A stretch of DNA of 64,000 bases, taken from positions 1 through 64,000 of the IMG/VR virus record IMGVR_UViG_3300028569_000019. One strand, 5' to 3'. This stretch comes from a virus. The notes beneath the pieces are model-generated. The model saw only the letters and a list, made by a program, of their open reading frames with translations, did no database searches and was not told the DNA's origin. Positions within the stretch are counted from its first letter, which is position 1, and every line of letters begins with the position of its first letter. Shown piece by piece: positions 1 through 6,909 of the stretch. Position numbers and translations under genes: made by a program.

Positions 1-111
1 AAAAAGGGGGTATCTTTTGGTAGTGGTTATAAAAAGTGTGTATTTAACAGGTGGTAAAATTTTTCTTTGGGAAAAATCGTATATGTTGATATGTGAGTAT
101 ATTTATAAAAT

Positions 112-381
112 ATGACAAAAATACAAGAAAACAAACTACGTGCTCTTATTAAACGTATAATAAGGGAGGAGTATTATGGAGAACCCAATGATGCTGCTGA
201 GGTAGAAAGTGATAAACTTACAGCACATTTGAGTGAGGATAGTGTGCATGATGATATCAAGGATTTGGAGATGTTGTTAAAAAATCCAGATCCTAGTCGT
301 GCTAAGGATTATGGATCTGTGGAGAATTATAAGAAGATGTTACGTGTTAAGATTGATAAATTAAAGAAGGGAGACAAGTAA
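112..381 (+). CDS. Small hypothetical protein, paralog of 11032..11448
   Basis: Shares AAEVESDKLTAHLSED...IKDLE.LLKNPDPSRAKDYGS.ENYKKML with 11032..11448; TATTTATA motif at 100-107. Confidence 0.75.
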   Translation: MTKIQENKLRALIKRIIREEYYGEPNDAAEVESDKLTAHLSEDSVHDDIKDLEMLLKNPDPSRAKDYGSVENYKKMLRVKIDKLKKGDK

Positions 382-384
382 TAT

Positions 385-1527
385 ATGAAATTTTTCAGTG
401 ATTTATTAAATGAGGTGGTGGTGGAAAACATGATGAACAAGTTTCATGCTGTTCCATTGGATCAATTTGTAAAACAAGAATTGGATGAGGCTGATATGCT
501 TGGTGCTACTACTACACCTATTAGTGCTGCGGATATGCAGGATTATTTACGTAGAACTGCTGGTGGCAGCAAGACCAAGATGGACAAGTATACGATGCCA
601 TATGTGCATAGGGGCAACATACAAATCAAAGATGAAAATGATAGAACATTTGATTTAAATAAGTTAAAGGCAGCGATCACACAACGTCCTGACAAAATTC
701 TCAAACAAAATGAGAAGATTACACATAGTGGTGGTGGCAGCACGATGTATTACAATATTGGGTTACCTGCGTTGAAGGGATTGGCTGTTAATGAGGCTAC
801 TGGTGATTTTGTTGTAGTTGATACGTGTCCTGGTGCGGGTGCTTGTAAGGTATATTGTTATGCCAAGAAGGGTGGATATGTGCAATGGAAGGCTAGTAGC
901 ATGTCACAAACTCGACAATTGAATTTTCTTTTGAATGATCCACAGGGATACAAGAGCAAGTTGGAGAGTGAGTTAAGATCTGCAGAGGCTAAGTATGGTA
1001 AAAAAGGCACCAAGCTTGTGGTGAGATGGCATGATGCTGGGGATTTCTTTAGTCCTGAGTATTTGGATTTGGCATATAGTGTTGCTAGGGATTTTCCTAA
1101 TATTGATTTTTATGCTTATACCAAGATGGCTGGAGTTGCGACTGGTGACAAGCCAAGCAATTTCAAGATGAATTTTAGCATGGGTGCTACACCTGATCAA
1201 GAAAAGCAGATTGATTTTCAAAAGACGAAACATAGTACTGTTGTACCCAAGACTATGTTTGATGATTTGATTACGAGAGATGGCGATGGCAAGGTTGTTA
1301 GAAATGACAAGGGTCAGATACAGTTTAGTGATGAAAATTTGAATATATTGAAGAAGAAGTTGGCATCTAAGTATAATATGTCTGCTGATAGTGTAATTAC
1401 GTATGATGAAATGATGAAGATACCTGTTGGTAGCGAGCCTAAGTATAATGTGATAGTTAAGCCAGGTGATGGTGATGATAGTGCTAATAGAGCTGATGTT
1501 ATTGGAACTTGGTTATTGATACATTAA
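385..1527 (+). CDS. GP88-like (radical-SAM-like) phage protein
   Basis: TCPGAGACKVYCYA Cys cluster, VRWHDAGDFFS and FYAYTK motifs typical of the phage gene-product-88 family. Confidence 0.7.
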   Translation: MKFFSDLLNEVVVENMMNKFHAVPLDQFVKQELDEADMLGATTTPISAADMQDYLRRTAGGSKTKMDKYTMPYVHRGNIQIKDENDRTFDLNKLKAAITQRPDKILKQNEKITHSGGGSTMYYNIGLPALKGLAVNEATGDFVVVDTCPGAGACKVYCYAKKGGYVQWKASSMSQTRQLNFLLNDPQGYKSKLESELRSAEAKYGKKGTKLVVRWHDAGDFFSPEYLDLAYSVARDFPNIDFYAYTKMAGVATGDKPSNFKMNFSMGATPDQEKQIDFQKTKHSTVVPKTMFDDLITRDGDGKVVRNDKGQIQFSDENLNILKKKLASKYNMSADSVITYDEMMKIPVGSEPKYNVIVKPGDGDDSANRADVIGTWLLIH

Positions 1528-1530
1528 CAT

Positions 1531-1998
1531 ATGAAATTGATTGATATATTGACCGAGGTTAAAAGTGTAGATGTTGTGTATAGAGGAGTAAATCCTGCGT
1601 ATGGCGACGTTGGATTGGGCATCAACAGCACCAAGATTGGAGACAAGTTGGTTGCGACGTTGGGGCCTAATCACACTGATAATATTGATGTTGCTAAGCG
1701 ATTTGGCAAGCAGATTATAACAACCAAGTTGAATGGTCGTGGATTAAAGTTGGGTCATTACAATGATATAATCAAGTTGTATCAAGAGTACAAGGATATG
1801 TTAACGCCTGGAATTGCTGGAATGATTAAAAACAGCAGTGGACAGGATCAATTGGAGTATATACAACAGGCTGGCAATGAGTTGCGAGATGTATTGAGCA
1901 AGCGATATGGATATATAACAAGTCCATTGGCTGTGAGTGACGCGAGTTATTTGAGTGAAAAGGGGTTGACTGGTAATTTGTATATACCACTTCGTTGA
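1531..1998 (+). CDS. Putative ADP-ribosyltransferase-fold protein, paralog of 10348..10818
   Basis: VYRG ... GPNHTDNIDVAKRFG pattern resembles ART strands 1-2; near-identical N-terminal half to 10348..10818. Confidence 0.45.
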   Translation: MKLIDILTEVKSVDVVYRGVNPAYGDVGLGINSTKIGDKLVATLGPNHTDNIDVAKRFGKQIITTKLNGRGLKLGHYNDIIKLYQEYKDMLTPGIAGMIKNSSGQDQLEYIQQAGNELRDVLSKRYGYITSPLAVSDASYLSEKGLTGNLYIPLR

Positions 1999-2048
1999 AA
2001 TATAATATTGTGTTTTGTTTTTAAAGTGTTATATTATTATAATACGTT

Positions 2049-3707
2049 ATGAAGATATTAAGTTTTGTTTGTGGCGAACATAGTAGTGGGTTGGCTGTTA
2101 TTGAAAATGGTCGGCCCAAGTATTGTTATGAGGAGGAACGATTCACTAGAATCAAAACCAGCACTGACTGGAAGAATTTGTTTTTTAGGCTTCCGATATT
2201 GAGTTTGTATGAATTGCAATACAAAAACAAAGAAGACATAAATAATTTTGATGTTTATTTATTTCCCAAGGTTATTGGCATAGATAATTTAACTGATGAA
2301 TTTTTGCAAAAGGTTTCTGCTCGTTGCAATTTTTTTATTGATATTGATCGTATCAAGAGCAAATCGTTTGAGTATGACCATCATGGTGCTCATTGTGCTT
2401 TGGCTTATTATACCAGTGGATTTGTTGATAAGAAGTGTTTGGTTGTGAGTATTGATGCGTTGGGATGTAACTATAGTGCCAAGTATTATTTGGGTGAAAA
2501 CAACACCATGAAGTATATTGATGGTATTGAGGTTGGTCGAGTATCATTTGGTATGTATTATGCGATGTTGACTGAATTTTTGGGTTTTCAAAGATTAAAA
2601 GATGAGGGTAAGATAGTTGGTATGAGTTCTCATGGAAAATTTCCTGATGAAATGATACCTGTATTTGAAAATGCTATAGGACAATTGGATGGTATCAAGA
2701 CTCGTAAATTGGCTGACAATTTTGAAGGAAACATGTTTATTGAGTTTTATACTGAAATTTTCAAAAAGATTGGTTCAAGATTTTATAAGAATACTGTAAC
2801 TATGAATGACATAGCTGCGGCTGGTCAGATTGTTTTTGAAAATAAAGTTTGTGAGTTGTTGAATAATTTGCATGATTTGTATCCTGAGTATGATCATGTG
2901 TGTTTGAGTGGTGGAATATTTGCAAATGTTAAGGTAAACAAGCGAATCAATGAATTGCCATGGGTTAAGGAAGTGTATATTACACCTCCTATGGGTGATG
3001 AAGGTTTGACTTTGGGATCTGGGTTGTTGTACAACAGTATCAATAAAAAACAAGATGTATTTAGATTGAATGATGTGTATTTGGGTGGGGGTTATAATGA
3101 CATTGAAATTCAAAATACTATTTTTGATGTAAAGTTCAAAGACAAGTTTGTTTGTGAAGATTTGGATGTGGATCGTGTTGCAAAATTATTGGATGAACAA
3201 CATATAGTGGGATTGTTTCAAGGTCGAATGGAGTATGGGCCTAGAGCGTTGGGCAACAGAACCATATTGGCTGATGCTAGAAGTGCGGAGGCGTATGACA
3301 AATTGAATGATCGATTAAATAGAAATGATTGTATGCCATTTGCTCCTGTGGTATTACCTGAATATGCGGATGATGTATTTAAGATACACAAGAGCAGATA
3401 TACTTCTGAATTTATGACAATGTTGTATGATACACGAATTGATTGGCATGATAGAATACCATCTGCGTTGCATCCAATTGATAAGACTGCACGTATACAA
3501 TTGGTTTATAAAGAAAAGAACGAGTTGTTGTATGATATATTAAAATCGTTTTATATTAGAACGTCTGTGCCTGTGTTGATAAATACGTCATTTAACATAC
3601 ATGAAGAGCCAATAGTATGTTGGCCTGAGAATGCTTTTGATCATTTGGTTAATGGCATTGTGGATTATTTGATTGTGGAAAACAAATTGTATAGTTTAAA
3701 GAAATAA
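2049..3707 (+). CDS. Carbamoyltransferase (NodU/CmcH/TobZ family)
   Basis: EEERFTRIK, HHGAH, EGKIVGMS, LSGGIFANVKVN, MGDEG, GRMEYGPRALGNRTIL, PFAP, INTSFNIHEEPIV motifs. Confidence 0.93.
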   Translation: MKILSFVCGEHSSGLAVIENGRPKYCYEEERFTRIKTSTDWKNLFFRLPILSLYELQYKNKEDINNFDVYLFPKVIGIDNLTDEFLQKVSARCNFFIDIDRIKSKSFEYDHHGAHCALAYYTSGFVDKKCLVVSIDALGCNYSAKYYLGENNTMKYIDGIEVGRVSFGMYYAMLTEFLGFQRLKDEGKIVGMSSHGKFPDEMIPVFENAIGQLDGIKTRKLADNFEGNMFIEFYTEIFKKIGSRFYKNTVTMNDIAAAGQIVFENKVCELLNNLHDLYPEYDHVCLSGGIFANVKVNKRINELPWVKEVYITPPMGDEGLTLGSGLLYNSINKKQDVFRLNDVYLGGGYNDIEIQNTIFDVKFKDKFVCEDLDVDRVAKLLDEQHIVGLFQGRMEYGPRALGNRTILADARSAEAYDKLNDRLNRNDCMPFAPVVLPEYADDVFKIHKSRYTSEFMTMLYDTRIDWHDRIPSALHPIDKTARIQLVYKEKNELLYDILKSFYIRTSVPVLINTSFNIHEEPIVCWPENAFDHLVNGIVDYLIVENKLYSLKK

Positions 3708-3890
3708 AATTATGTCACTAAGCGAATCGCAGTTAGCAATATTGAGTTGGATATTTACGACAGGATGTTCTGTATTATTGATTGCATCTACTGCAATAAT
3801 ATTGTATATGATGTATTTGTTTGTGAAGTTGGTTAAAAATTTCTCAAAAAAATATTGACGAATATATAGTTGTGTGATATATATTATTAA

Positions 3891-3968
3891 ATGAGAGTCA
3901 AGTATACACATATTAAACGCTGGGATACATTTACAAATTGTGAATGTCTGGCGGTTGATATTGTATAG
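3891..3968 (+). CDS. Putative attenuator leader peptide 1 (MRVKYTHIKRWDTFTNCECLAVDIV*), not in ORF track
   Basis: ATG 3891 lies 13 nt after a TATATATT promoter-like motif; TAG stop at 3966-3968; last codons overlap the antiterminator strand; codons match tRNA array 1. Confidence 0.7.
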   Translation: MRVKYTHIKRWDTFTNCECLAVDIV

Positions 3969-4035
3969 TATGTGAACACCTTCTTGTACAAAAAATCAAC
4001 CGCCAATCCAAAAAGATGGCGGTTTTTTGTTTTTT
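3949..4035 (+). terminator. Attenuator 1: overlapping antiterminator and intrinsic terminator
   Basis: TGGCGGTTGAT (3949-3959) pairs perfectly with ATCAACCGCCA (3995-4005); alternatively AACCGCCA (3998-4005) pairs with TGGCGGTT (4017-4024), followed by a U-tract. Confidence 0.8.
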
Positions 4036-4045
4036 CGAAAAGGTG

Positions 4046-4073
4046 TTGACAAGTTGAAAAACTCATGTAAGAT
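4046..4073 (+). promoter_or_regulatory. Sigma70-type promoter
   Basis: TTGACA-16 nt-TAAGAT. Confidence 0.55.
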
Positions 4074-4134
4074 AAAAGGACATTAAACGAAACTAGTAAG
4101 TGAAATCGAAGTAACTGAAAGTTTAAAATGATGA

Positions 4135-4162
4135 TTGACAATTTAAAATAGTCTGTTAGACT
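4135..4162 (+). promoter_or_regulatory. Sigma70-type promoter of tRNA array 1
   Basis: TTGACA-16 nt-TAGACT with extended -10 TG. Confidence 0.6.
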
Positions 4163-4173
4163 TAATGAAGATT

Positions 4174-4293
4174 GTGGAAGGCTTGAAACTCCATCTGTTG
4201 AGCCACCGCCAGTAACCAAAGGTAAAGACTGGGAAAATCAATTGATTGGTCCGTGGGTGTTATGCTGGAATACAGAACCCATAGGGCGATAAT
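4174..4293 (+). ncRNA. Conserved structured leader RNA, copy 1
   Basis: Shares TTGAAACTCYATCTGWTG and TTGATYGGTC..TGGGTGTTATGCTGRAATACAGAACCCAT..GGCGATAAT with 14042-14137; compensatory base changes between the copies. Confidence 0.65.
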
Positions 4294-4342
4294 GACATAA
4301 CTGAGGTTATTGTTATTTGGTATAAGAATAAAAGATTTTTAT

Positions 4343-4417
4343 GCCTCCTAAGCATTGGTAGCGATGCAGAGGTTTTGTAAACCCCAGAGCTCGGCGCAAG
4401 CCCGGGAGGAGGCTCCA
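4343..4417 (+). tRNA. tRNA-Thr(UGU)
   Basis: GCCTCCT/AGGAGGC acceptor, loop TT-TGT-AA, encoded CCA; non-canonical T-loop CGCAAGC. Confidence 0.85.
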
Positions 4418-4429
4418 ATTTATAGTAAT

Positions 4430-4505
4430 GGTGATATTGGTGTAACAGTTAGCATTTGAGTTTGTGAAACTCACGGAACGAGGGCAGCACTCGTATATCA
4501 CCCCA
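4430..4505 (+). tRNA. tRNA-His(GUG)
   Basis: G-1:C73 extended acceptor GGTGATAT/ATATCACC, anticodon arm TGAGT-TTGTGAA-ACTCA, CCA. Confidence 0.9.
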
Positions 4506-4515
4506 AATTTATAAT

Positions 4516-4594
4516 GGCCTCATCGTCTACGAATGTAATAGGATTCTGGATTCTCAATCCGGAGAACTCGGTTTGACTCCGAGTGAGGCTACCA
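4516..4594 (+). tRNA. tRNA-Glu(CUC)
   Basis: GGCCTCA/TGAGGCT acceptor, CTGGA-TTCTCAA-TCCGG, CCA. Confidence 0.85.
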
Positions 4595-4601
4595 ATTTAA
4601 T

Positions 4602-4676
4602 TACCCTATCGTCTAGTAACTAGGACTAGTGTCCCGGACGACACTAACCTTGGTTTGAATCCAAGTGGGGTAACCA
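4602..4676 (+). tRNA. Atypical tRNA-like gene, anticodon undetermined (8-nt loop CCCGGACG)
   Basis: Intact acceptor TACCCTA/TGGGGTA, Glu-type D arm, T arm and CCA, but the anticodon arm AGTGT-CCCGGACG-ACACT lacks U33. Confidence 0.6.
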
Positions 4677-4682
4677 ATTTAT

Positions 4683-4760
4683 GCTGGTGTAGCTCAAATG
4701 GATTAGAGCGTTTGATTACGAATCAAAAGGTTGTAGGTTCAACTCCTACCATCAGCACCA
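4683..4760 (+). tRNA. tRNA-Arg(ACG)
   Basis: Canonical cloverleaf, TTTGA-TTACGAA-TCAAA, CCA. Confidence 0.95.
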
Positions 4761-4767
4761 TTTTAAT

Positions 4768-4842
4768 GGCCTATTCGACAACCAGCTAAGTCACTTGGCT
4801 TTCATCCAAGAGTAGCCGGGGCAGCACCGGCATAGGCTACCA
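4768..4842 (+). tRNA. tRNA-Glu(UUC)
   Basis: GGCCTAT/ATAGGCT acceptor, CTTGG-CTTTCAT-CCAAG, T-loop GGCAGCA, CCA. Confidence 0.88.
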
Positions 4843-4844
4843 TT

Positions 4845-4931
4845 TTTGACGGCACTGTAGGGTGCAGTCGTAAGCAAGATCACCCCTAGCATAATCTGAA
4901 ACAGTGAAGCGTTAAGATCTTGACCGTCAAA
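4845..4931 (+). ncRNA. Unassigned structured RNA within tRNA array 1
   Basis: Closing stem TTTGACGG/CCGTCAAA, nested CACTGT/ACAGTG and GGGTG/CACCC stems. Confidence 0.5.
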
Positions 4932-4939
4932 TATTTCAT

Positions 4940-5017
4940 ATCCGCCAATGTTCCAAGGATTAGGCGACAGGCTCTCCAAAAGCCCGTGGGTAAGTTCGAT
5001 TCTTACGGTGGATGCCA
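4940..5017 (+). tRNA. tRNA-Trp(CCA)
   Basis: ATCCGCC/GGTGGAT acceptor, GGCT-CTCCAAA-AGCC, GTAAG-TTCGATT-CTTAC, G73, CCA. Confidence 0.85.
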
Positions 5018-5025
5018 TTTTTTCA

Positions 5026-5204
5026 AATACATTAGGTGAAGGCAACGAACGTAGTTTAATTGGTAAAACAACCGCACGAATAAGCGGAAGTCATTCAGTT
5101 CGAATCTGAATCACTAGTTGAAGTAGTAAGTAATGTATTGACACTGATAGACATTGAATGTTATAATCTGACGAGGTTATAATTAGTAAGTGGAACGTTC
5201 GTTG
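5026..5204 (+). ncRNA. tRNA-like RNA with ~84-nt insertion between T arm and 3' acceptor strand
   Basis: CAACGAACG (5043-5051) pairs with CGTTCGTTG (5196-5204); D arm GTTT-AATTGGTA-AAAC; T arm ATTCAG-TTCGAAT-CTGAAT. Confidence 0.55.
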
Positions 5205-5228
5205 AAATCCAGTAAACATTTTTTTAAC

Positions 5229-5300
5229 TCCCCTGTAGTGTCAAAGTAGCACGGCTGGTTGTTACCCAGTTAGGTGAAGGTGCGAGTCCTTCTGGGGGAG
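5229..5300 (+). tRNA. tRNA-Asn(GUU), no encoded CCA
   Basis: TCCCCTG/TGGGGGA acceptor, GCTGG-TTGTTAC-CCAGT, G73. Confidence 0.8.
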
Positions 5301-5351
5301 CTTTCGTCAAAATAAAATACATTTTGACAGTTCACATCCATATTTATTATT

Positions 5352-6047
5352 ATGGATGTGAACCAAGATTTCAAATATACAATATATAAAACTACCAATA
5401 AAATTAACAACAAAGTTTATATTGGAATGCATAAAACAAAAAATCCATATGACAGTTATATGGGTTCTGGTAAATTATTCAAAAGAGCAGTAGGAAAATA
5501 TGGTGAAGAAAACTTTGTAAAAGAAGTTTTATTTATATTTGATACCGCTGAAGAAATGTTTGCGAAAGAAAAAGAAATAGTAAATCAATTATTTATTGAA
5601 TCAGATAATACATACAATATTATGGAAGGTGGATGTGGAGGTTATTCATATATAAATGAATCTGGTAAAAATTTGTATGGTCAGAACGGTGATATTAATC
5701 ACGGTGGAAAAAATTTATTAACTGGTAATAAAATAAAAGAATTTTTAATTGAAAAAGGATTATTTGAAGAATGGAAACAGAAAGTATCAACATCTTTAAA
5801 AGAAAAATGGAAACGAGATGGTTTTCATTGGACTGGTAGAAAACATAAAGATGAATCGAAAAAGAAAATGAGCGCAGATAGAAAAGGCAAATATACAGGT
5901 ATAGATAATTCAAATTATGGAAATTGTTGGGTTTATTCAGATTTAGAATCTAAGAATAAAACCATTAAAAAACAAGAATTAAATGATTACATAAATAATG
6001 GATGGAAACCGGGTATAAAAATGAAATATCATAAGAAAATTTCATAA
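5352..6047 (+). CDS. GIY-YIG homing endonuclease (T4 Seg-like) with NUMOD3-like motif
   Basis: YTIYKTTNKINNKVYIGMH, YMGSG, YNIMEGG; C-terminal WTGRKHKDESKKKMS. Confidence 0.9.
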   Translation: MDVNQDFKYTIYKTTNKINNKVYIGMHKTKNPYDSYMGSGKLFKRAVGKYGEENFVKEVLFIFDTAEEMFAKEKEIVNQLFIESDNTYNIMEGGCGGYSYINESGKNLYGQNGDINHGGKNLLTGNKIKEFLIEKGLFEEWKQKVSTSLKEKWKRDGFHWTGRKHKDESKKKMSADRKGKYTGIDNSNYGNCWVYSDLESKNKTIKKQELNDYINNGWKPGIKMKYHKKIS

Positions 6048-6065
6048 TAATTTTTAAATTTCAAT

Positions 6066-6188
6066 TCCAGAGTAGCTCAATGGTAGAGCATGCGGCTGTG
6101 GGCCATAAAGTATTATTTAATAGAGAGTGCAAATCTCATAAGGCCAAAGTTAACCGCAGGGTTGGGGGTTCGAAACCCTCCTCTGGAG
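6066..6188 (+). tRNA. tRNA-Asn(GUU) interrupted by a 51-nt insertion in the anticodon loop
   Basis: TCCAGAG/CTCTGGA acceptor, canonical D and T arms, TGCGG/CCGCA anticodon stem; removing 6098-6148 restores CT-GTT-AA. Confidence 0.8.
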
Positions 6189-6203
6189 CTCTTTCAATAG
6201 TTT

Positions 6204-6320
6204 TATATGATGTATGATATATGCTGATTAAGGGTTAGGCAGTTGATCAAATTGCAATAGTATGAACATAAAGTGCCTTAAGAAATTTAAATAATTTCAT
6301 TGTTCATTATACATTATATA
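6204..6320 (+). ncRNA. Unassigned structured RNA with possible pseudoknot
   Basis: 15-bp closing stem 6204-6218/6306-6320, inner hairpins, TTAAGG/CCTTAA cross-pairing. Confidence 0.5.
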
Positions 6321-6329
6321 ATTTTTCAA

Positions 6330-6430
6330 TAGGGAGTAGTAATTGATAAAAAACAAGCTAGATAGATGAGCAAGTTCGAAATTGCTTGAACGGTGTGAAA
6401 TCCTAGTGTAAGTTTAGATGAACTGCCCTA
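6330..6430 (+). ncRNA. Unassigned structured RNA
   Basis: Closing stem TAGGGAGT/ACTGCCCTA; inner CTAG/CTAG and AGCAA-GTTCGAAA-TTGCT hairpin. Confidence 0.4.
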
Positions 6431-6439
6431 CTAATTTTC

Positions 6440-6526
6440 GGGAGTATCGCATAGCAGCAATTGCTGGACACTGTAAATGTCCCGGCCTAACGGCCTTCGT
6501 AGGTGCAAGTCCTACTGCTCCCACCA
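6440..6526 (+). tRNA. tRNA-Tyr(GUA) copy 1
   Basis: GGACA-CTGTAAA-TGTCC, long variable arm, CCA. Confidence 0.9.
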
Positions 6527-6531
6527 TTTTT

Positions 6532-6617
6532 GGGGTATTATACTGATAAAGACGCAGAACGGTCTGTAAAACCGTTGCCTTCGGGCTGGGTAGGAGCATT
6601 ACCTACATACCCCACCA
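6532..6617 (+). tRNA. tRNA-Tyr(GUA) copy 2
   Basis: ACGGT-CTGTAAA-ACCGT, variable arm GCC-TTCG-GGC, CCA. Confidence 0.85.
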
Positions 6618-6624
6618 TTTCAAT

Positions 6625-6698
6625 TGACCGTTAATTCAATAGCAGAATAGACGACTGATAATCGTCCTACGCCGGAGCGTAACCGGCACGGTCAACCA
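6625..6698 (+). tRNA. tRNA-Ile(GAU)
   Basis: TGACCGT/ACGGTCA acceptor, GACGA-CTGATAA-TCGTC, CCA. Confidence 0.9.
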
Positions 6699-6700
6699 AT

Positions 6701-6770
6701 TTTGTTAGTAAGTGTTGGGTTCAATCCCCTTTACTCTGTGATCACTGGTGAGAACATAACTACTAACAAA
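6701..6770 (+). ncRNA. Small RNA with a T-loop-like hairpin inside a 10-bp closing stem
   Basis: TTTGTTAGTA/TACTAACAAA stem enclosing GGG-TTCAATC-CCC and a TGG-containing hairpin. Confidence 0.45.
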
Positions 6771-6776
6771 TTCAAC

Positions 6777-6856
6777 GGATCAGTATTGGCCACGCCTTCT
6801 AAGCGATAGGTGCATAATTGGATAAGTGTTGGGTTCGACTCCCACCTGATCCACCA
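6777..6856 (+). tRNA. Non-canonical tRNA-Arg(UCU)-like gene (D-arm-like element 3' of the anticodon arm)
   Basis: GGATCAG/CTGATCC acceptor plus CCA, CGC-CTTCTAA-GCG, T arm TGGG-TTCGACT-CCCA. Confidence 0.6.
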
Positions 6857-6909
6857 AATATTTAAAAATAAATGAAACTATTTGCTCTATACAACATATT
6901 TATTTAGAT

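Noticed and set aside
1-3800. Apparent G/T skew of the first ~4 kb as a replication origin or terminus signal
   Set aside because: Visual impression only; it needs a cumulative skew computation on the whole genome.
3887-5045. Minus-strand ORFs 3887..4219, 4313..4501 and 4791..5045 (also 6414..6599, 8389..8598, 16521..16709)
   Set aside because: They are antisense to tRNAs and regulatory RNAs and have no protein-like features; shadow ORFs.
5168-5210. CTGACGAG...GAAA as a hammerhead ribozyme core
   Set aside because: Stems II and III and the cleavage triplet could not be formed convincingly.
6098-6148. Group I intron in tRNA-Asn
   Set aside because: Only 51 nt, with no P3-P7 core; reported instead as an unexplained insertion.
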